From Naegleria gruberi (Eukaryota), in NCBI GenBank assembly GCA_000004985.1, contig GG739224.1: a stretch of DNA of 3,468 nucleotides; one strand, written 5' to 3'. Below, piece by piece: positions 1 to 3,468 of the stretch. Position 1 is the first letter of the stretch. The number at the start of each line of letters is the position of its first letter. The notes beneath the pieces are model-generated. The model had not been told where the DNA came from. It worked only from the letters and a program-made list of their open reading frames with translations, and did no database searches. The position numbers and the translations under genes were made by a program.

Positions 1-76
1 GATGCAACAATTTACTTTGTTGAATAGTGTATTACAGCCTCATCACATTCGATCAGGAACTTTTTTGAAAACAAGC
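1..76. repeat. Partial monomer, tail portion only, homologous to the tail of monomer B (about 665-739).
   Basis: caatttactttgttgaatagtgtattacagcc...cttttttgaaaacaagca aligns with taatttgttgaacagtattgtacaatcc...cactcttttgagaagaagca. Both directly precede the aacggg head. Confidence 0.7.
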
Positions 77-390
77 AACGGGTTTGAGCCACTCCAAGCT
101 CATTTGAAACAGTTTCAAAAAGTTTTTACATCGGGTTGGATAACAACCATTGTTTTAAAGATTACAGTTGTGAAAAATCGACCAATCTCAATCATTTTTG
201 AGAATTTAAGTATACTGTAAAGGACTGGTACCATTTCCATCGAGTTTTGAACATTTTCCATCTACTTGAAAAAATTCCTTACTAATTGTGAAATATTCAA
301 AGTTCAGTAAGAAAGTTTAATTGTGAAAATGTTGGCTCTTTGCCAGAATACCAGTTAAAATTGTATTCCGATTGAATTTTACGTAAGCAC
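77..390. repeat. Monomer A, 314 bp.
   Basis: Runs from head motif aacgggtttgagcc at 77 to just before the next head at 391. The head and body align with monomers B and C, and the tail is more diverged. Confidence 0.85.
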
Positions 391-442
391 ACCGGGTTTG
401 AGCCACACCAAGCTCATTTAAGAAAGTTTAATTTAATTTTAC
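391..442. repeat. Extra head segment of about 52 bp; a tandem duplication of the monomer head inside unit B.
   Basis: accgggtttgagccacaccaagctcatttaagaaagttt...ttttaca is homologous to monomer A 77-130 (aacgggtttgagccactccaagctcatttgaaacagttt...ttttaca). A second complete head follows immediately at 443. Confidence 0.75.
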
Positions 443-739
443 AACGGGTTTGAGCCAGTCCATGGAGTTGTTAGTAAAGAGTGGTTGGATGAAATCACTG
501 TTTCAAAGATAATAGTTGTGAAAAATCGACCAGTCTCAATCATTATTAAGAATTTGAGTATAGTTCAATGGAATTATACCATCTATAGCCAGTTTTGAAC
601 ATTTTCCATCTCTTTGTAAAAATTCCTTAATAATTAGGATGAAGGAAAAGTTCACTAAGAAAAGACAATGATAATTTGTTGAACAGTATTGTACAATCCC
701 CACCTAAAGGTTGAATAAGTCACTCTTTTGAGAAGAAGC
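443..739. repeat. Monomer B core, 297 bp, with an internal deletion of about 19 bp relative to A in the region after the head.
   Basis: Head aacgggtttgagccagtcca at 443, tggttggatgaaatcactgtttcaaagataatagttgtgaaaaatcgacc at 481-533, and ttttgaacattttccatct at 591 all align with monomer A. Confidence 0.8.
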
Positions 740-837
740 AACGGGTTTGAGCAACTCCAAGCTCATTTGAAACATTTAATAGTAGTTGTTACATCGGGTT
801 GGATGACAACCACTGTTTTAAAGATTACAGTTGTGAA
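740..837. repeat. Monomer C, first 98 bp only, truncated by the assembly gap.
   Basis: It aligns with monomer A 77-174 with no indels and 10 mismatches out of 98 by my manual count, about 90% identity. Confidence 0.85.
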
Positions 838-2593
838 NNNNNNNNNNNNNNNNNNNNNNNNNNNNNNNNNNNNNNNNNNNNNNNNNNNNNNNNNNNNNNN
901 NNNNNNNNNNNNNNNNNNNNNNNNNNNNNNNNNNNNNNNNNNNNNNNNNNNNNNNNNNNNNNNNNNNNNNNNNNNNNNNNNNNNNNNNNNNNNNNNNNNN
1001 NNNNNNNNNNNNNNNNNNNNNNNNNNNNNNNNNNNNNNNNNNNNNNNNNNNNNNNNNNNNNNNNNNNNNNNNNNNNNNNNNNNNNNNNNNNNNNNNNNNN
1101 NNNNNNNNNNNNNNNNNNNNNNNNNNNNNNNNNNNNNNNNNNNNNNNNNNNNNNNNNNNNNNNNNNNNNNNNNNNNNNNNNNNNNNNNNNNNNNNNNNNN
1201 NNNNNNNNNNNNNNNNNNNNNNNNNNNNNNNNNNNNNNNNNNNNNNNNNNNNNNNNNNNNNNNNNNNNNNNNNNNNNNNNNNNNNNNNNNNNNNNNNNNN
1301 NNNNNNNNNNNNNNNNNNNNNNNNNNNNNNNNNNNNNNNNNNNNNNNNNNNNNNNNNNNNNNNNNNNNNNNNNNNNNNNNNNNNNNNNNNNNNNNNNNNN
1401 NNNNNNNNNNNNNNNNNNNNNNNNNNNNNNNNNNNNNNNNNNNNNNNNNNNNNNNNNNNNNNNNNNNNNNNNNNNNNNNNNNNNNNNNNNNNNNNNNNNN
1501 NNNNNNNNNNNNNNNNNNNNNNNNNNNNNNNNNNNNNNNNNNNNNNNNNNNNNNNNNNNNNNNNNNNNNNNNNNNNNNNNNNNNNNNNNNNNNNNNNNNN
1601 NNNNNNNNNNNNNNNNNNNNNNNNNNNNNNNNNNNNNNNNNNNNNNNNNNNNNNNNNNNNNNNNNNNNNNNNNNNNNNNNNNNNNNNNNNNNNNNNNNNN
1701 NNNNNNNNNNNNNNNNNNNNNNNNNNNNNNNNNNNNNNNNNNNNNNNNNNNNNNNNNNNNNNNNNNNNNNNNNNNNNNNNNNNNNNNNNNNNNNNNNNNN
1801 NNNNNNNNNNNNNNNNNNNNNNNNNNNNNNNNNNNNNNNNNNNNNNNNNNNNNNNNNNNNNNNNNNNNNNNNNNNNNNNNNNNNNNNNNNNNNNNNNNNN
1901 NNNNNNNNNNNNNNNNNNNNNNNNNNNNNNNNNNNNNNNNNNNNNNNNNNNNNNNNNNNNNNNNNNNNNNNNNNNNNNNNNNNNNNNNNNNNNNNNNNNN
2001 NNNNNNNNNNNNNNNNNNNNNNNNNNNNNNNNNNNNNNNNNNNNNNNNNNNNNNNNNNNNNNNNNNNNNNNNNNNNNNNNNNNNNNNNNNNNNNNNNNNN
2101 NNNNNNNNNNNNNNNNNNNNNNNNNNNNNNNNNNNNNNNNNNNNNNNNNNNNNNNNNNNNNNNNNNNNNNNNNNNNNNNNNNNNNNNNNNNNNNNNNNNN
2201 NNNNNNNNNNNNNNNNNNNNNNNNNNNNNNNNNNNNNNNNNNNNNNNNNNNNNNNNNNNNNNNNNNNNNNNNNNNNNNNNNNNNNNNNNNNNNNNNNNNN
2301 NNNNNNNNNNNNNNNNNNNNNNNNNNNNNNNNNNNNNNNNNNNNNNNNNNNNNNNNNNNNNNNNNNNNNNNNNNNNNNNNNNNNNNNNNNNNNNNNNNNN
2401 NNNNNNNNNNNNNNNNNNNNNNNNNNNNNNNNNNNNNNNNNNNNNNNNNNNNNNNNNNNNNNNNNNNNNNNNNNNNNNNNNNNNNNNNNNNNNNNNNNNN
2501 NNNNNNNNNNNNNNNNNNNNNNNNNNNNNNNNNNNNNNNNNNNNNNNNNNNNNNNNNNNNNNNNNNNNNNNNNNNNNNNNNNNNNNNNNNNNN
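838..2593. other. Assembly gap, a run of 1756 N. No sequence information.
   Basis: Uninterrupted n characters from 838 to 2593. The flanks are a tandem repeat on one side and unique sequence on the other, which is typical of a repeat-induced scaffold gap. Confidence 0.99.
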
Positions 2594-3468
2594 TTATTGA
2601 TAAAGTACAGCGATGACATATATTATCCAATAAAATATTCATATCCCTTTAAAAGTGTTAACCACATCAAAAGCTCCCCTATTGCCATCCAAGTTGACTT
2701 CCAAAAGTCTCAAAATGGATCCAATCATGATTTTTTCAGTGATTTATGATTACCATTCATATTCACTACTGTATTTATCAGTATTATTGAATTTTATTGT
2801 GTTTCCATATTATAGGTCAACATCTTGGTCAATTAATCATTTACTTGTAGAAAAGCTACAAGGAAATGTTTCTCTCTAGTCACCACCCAATAACCTCCTC
2901 TTCATGAAGAAGAGTTCCAAATCTTGAGATGAGAACCTTGTTCACTTTCAATATGTTGAATTAATGCAACCACTTTCCCATTCTTCTATCAAGTGTTGTC
3001 ACAATAAGAAGCTTCTGATTCGTATCAACAATAAACAATTTCAAAATCTTAAATCAATAAGAGATTGGAGTAAGAGGTATCCGAGGTTCCCAAACCCAAA
3101 CCCAACCTCATATTTAGAGATTTCTTCTCAATCACACATGGTCTACTTTGATGAAAAGGATGAAATCTTGAAAAAGGACCACCTATTGAAACTTTACCAA
3201 CATGATGTAGATGATATATAATGATATAGAATTCATTTTCTTATCATAAAAATCAGAAATGGTACCATGGGAAGGTAAATGTTGATATATTATGGTTGAC
3301 TTTAGAGAAAGACAAGTCAGACAAAGTATATCAAATACATCACTTCAATCAACAAAATATATATGAAAATGCTCCATTCGATGAGTAGAGATAGAATATT
3401 AAGTTTATTTTCACTTTCATGTTCATGATTTCAACTCTAACATACCATCTGTCAACGGGGATCCTCAG
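2594..3468. other. AT-rich, unique-looking non-coding sequence. No supported gene, RNA or mobile-element feature.
   Basis: There is no homology to the satellite monomers beyond short k-mers. Only two short low-complexity ORFs are present on the + strand and none of 70 aa or more on the - strand. I count about 5 CpG in roughly 875 bp. Confidence 0.5.
3089..3107. repeat. Short microsatellite (CCCAAA)~2.5, which reads (TTTGGG)n on the minus strand.
   Basis: The sequence cccaaacccaaacccaacc is read directly. Confidence 0.6.

Larger units (their letters stand above)
1..837. repeat. Satellite-type tandem repeat array with a ~300-315 bp monomer: partial copy, two full copies, and a copy truncated by the gap. 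It probably continues into the N-gap.
   Basis: The head motif aacgggtttgagcc occurs at 77, 443 and 740, and as accgggtttgagcc at 391. The block agttgtgaaaaatcgacca(a/g)tctcaatcatt recurs at 167, 514 and 829. The block gttttgaacattttccatct recurs at 244 and 591. Collinear homology runs across the units, which is read directly from the sequence. Confidence 0.9.

Noticed and set aside
115-127. An A5-N-T5 tract, caaaaagttttta, a possible DNA-bending motif in the satellite.
   Set aside because: It is present only in monomer A. The equivalent positions in B and C are different, so it is not a conserved feature of the repeat.
77-160. A Pol III B-box-like motif, GGTTTGAGCC, hinting at a tRNA gene or tRNA-derived SINE.
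   Set aside because: No A-box (TRGCNNAGTGG) lies at the right spacing upstream. No cloverleaf can be drawn and there is no terminal poly-A or target-site duplication. The motif sits at a fixed phase of a tandem satellite unit, not in a dispersed element.
2-220. A 72-aa ORF on the + strand inside the satellite.
   Set aside because: It lies wholly within tandem-repeat DNA. The corresponding frame is broken by indels and stops in monomers B and C, and no start or stop context is conserved. It is a chance ORF in a repeat.
728-2749. Four long ORFs of 605-673 aa on both strands (728-2749 +, 763-2619 -, 799-2616 +, 825-2642 -).
   Set aside because: They consist almost entirely of X translated from the 1756-N gap. 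Only about 30-40 real residues sit at each end, so they are not genes.
2655-3221. Two short + strand ORFs, 2655-2879 at 74 aa and 2964-3221 at 85 aa. I also traced a minus-strand ORF of about 40 aa around 2880-3010.
   Set aside because: They are low-complexity and AT-driven, with no recognisable domain or motif and no splice or start-site support. The minus-strand one terminates within about 40 codons.
2941-3432. Direct repeat of ttcactttca plus about 12 similar bases at 2941-2962 and 3410-3432, a possible TSD or short dispersed repeat.
   Set aside because: A 10-mer exact match between two places in about 870 bp of AT-biased sequence is expected by chance. No TIR or LTR structure lies between them.
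3440-3468. The window's last bases, cataccatctgtcaacggggatcc, share the 9-mer ataccatct with monomer B (577-585) and aacggg with the monomer head. This could hint at re-entry into the repeat.
   Set aside because: Only short k-mers match and the surrounding bases do not align. A chance match in AT-rich sequence cannot be excluded and the window ends there.
1-3468. The expectation of a novel multi-gene system, such as a defence island, toxin-antitoxin module or biosynthetic cluster.
   Set aside because: No intact protein-coding gene is supportable anywhere in the readable 1712 bp. The readable content is a satellite array plus CpG-depleted non-coding eukaryotic DNA, and the remainder is an N-gap.

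Overview
This window is eukaryotic repetitive DNA and I found no gene system in it; the hint about a novel system is not supported by what is visible. Bases 1-837 are the edge of a satellite-type tandem array with an AT-rich monomer of about 300-315 bp. It has a partial tail copy, two full monomers, and a third monomer cut off at position 837. Bases 838-2593 are a 1756-N assembly gap, so half of the window is unreadable. All four long ORFs in the supplied track (728-2749, 763-2619, 799-2616, 825-2642) are poly-X artefacts of that gap. Bases 2594-3468 are AT-rich, unique-looking sequence with no convincing coding region, RNA gene, mobile-element terminus or CRISPR array. The two small ORFs there (74 and 85 aa) have no support. 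CpG is strongly depleted throughout, which points to a CpG-methylating eukaryote, possibly a plant, though I cannot name the taxon. The points worth a second look are the monomer heterogeneity with a duplicated head region, the exactly conserved CGGGTTTGAGC box inside diverged monomers, a possible ~150-bp dimeric substructure, and the satellite-to-unique boundary hidden inside the gap.
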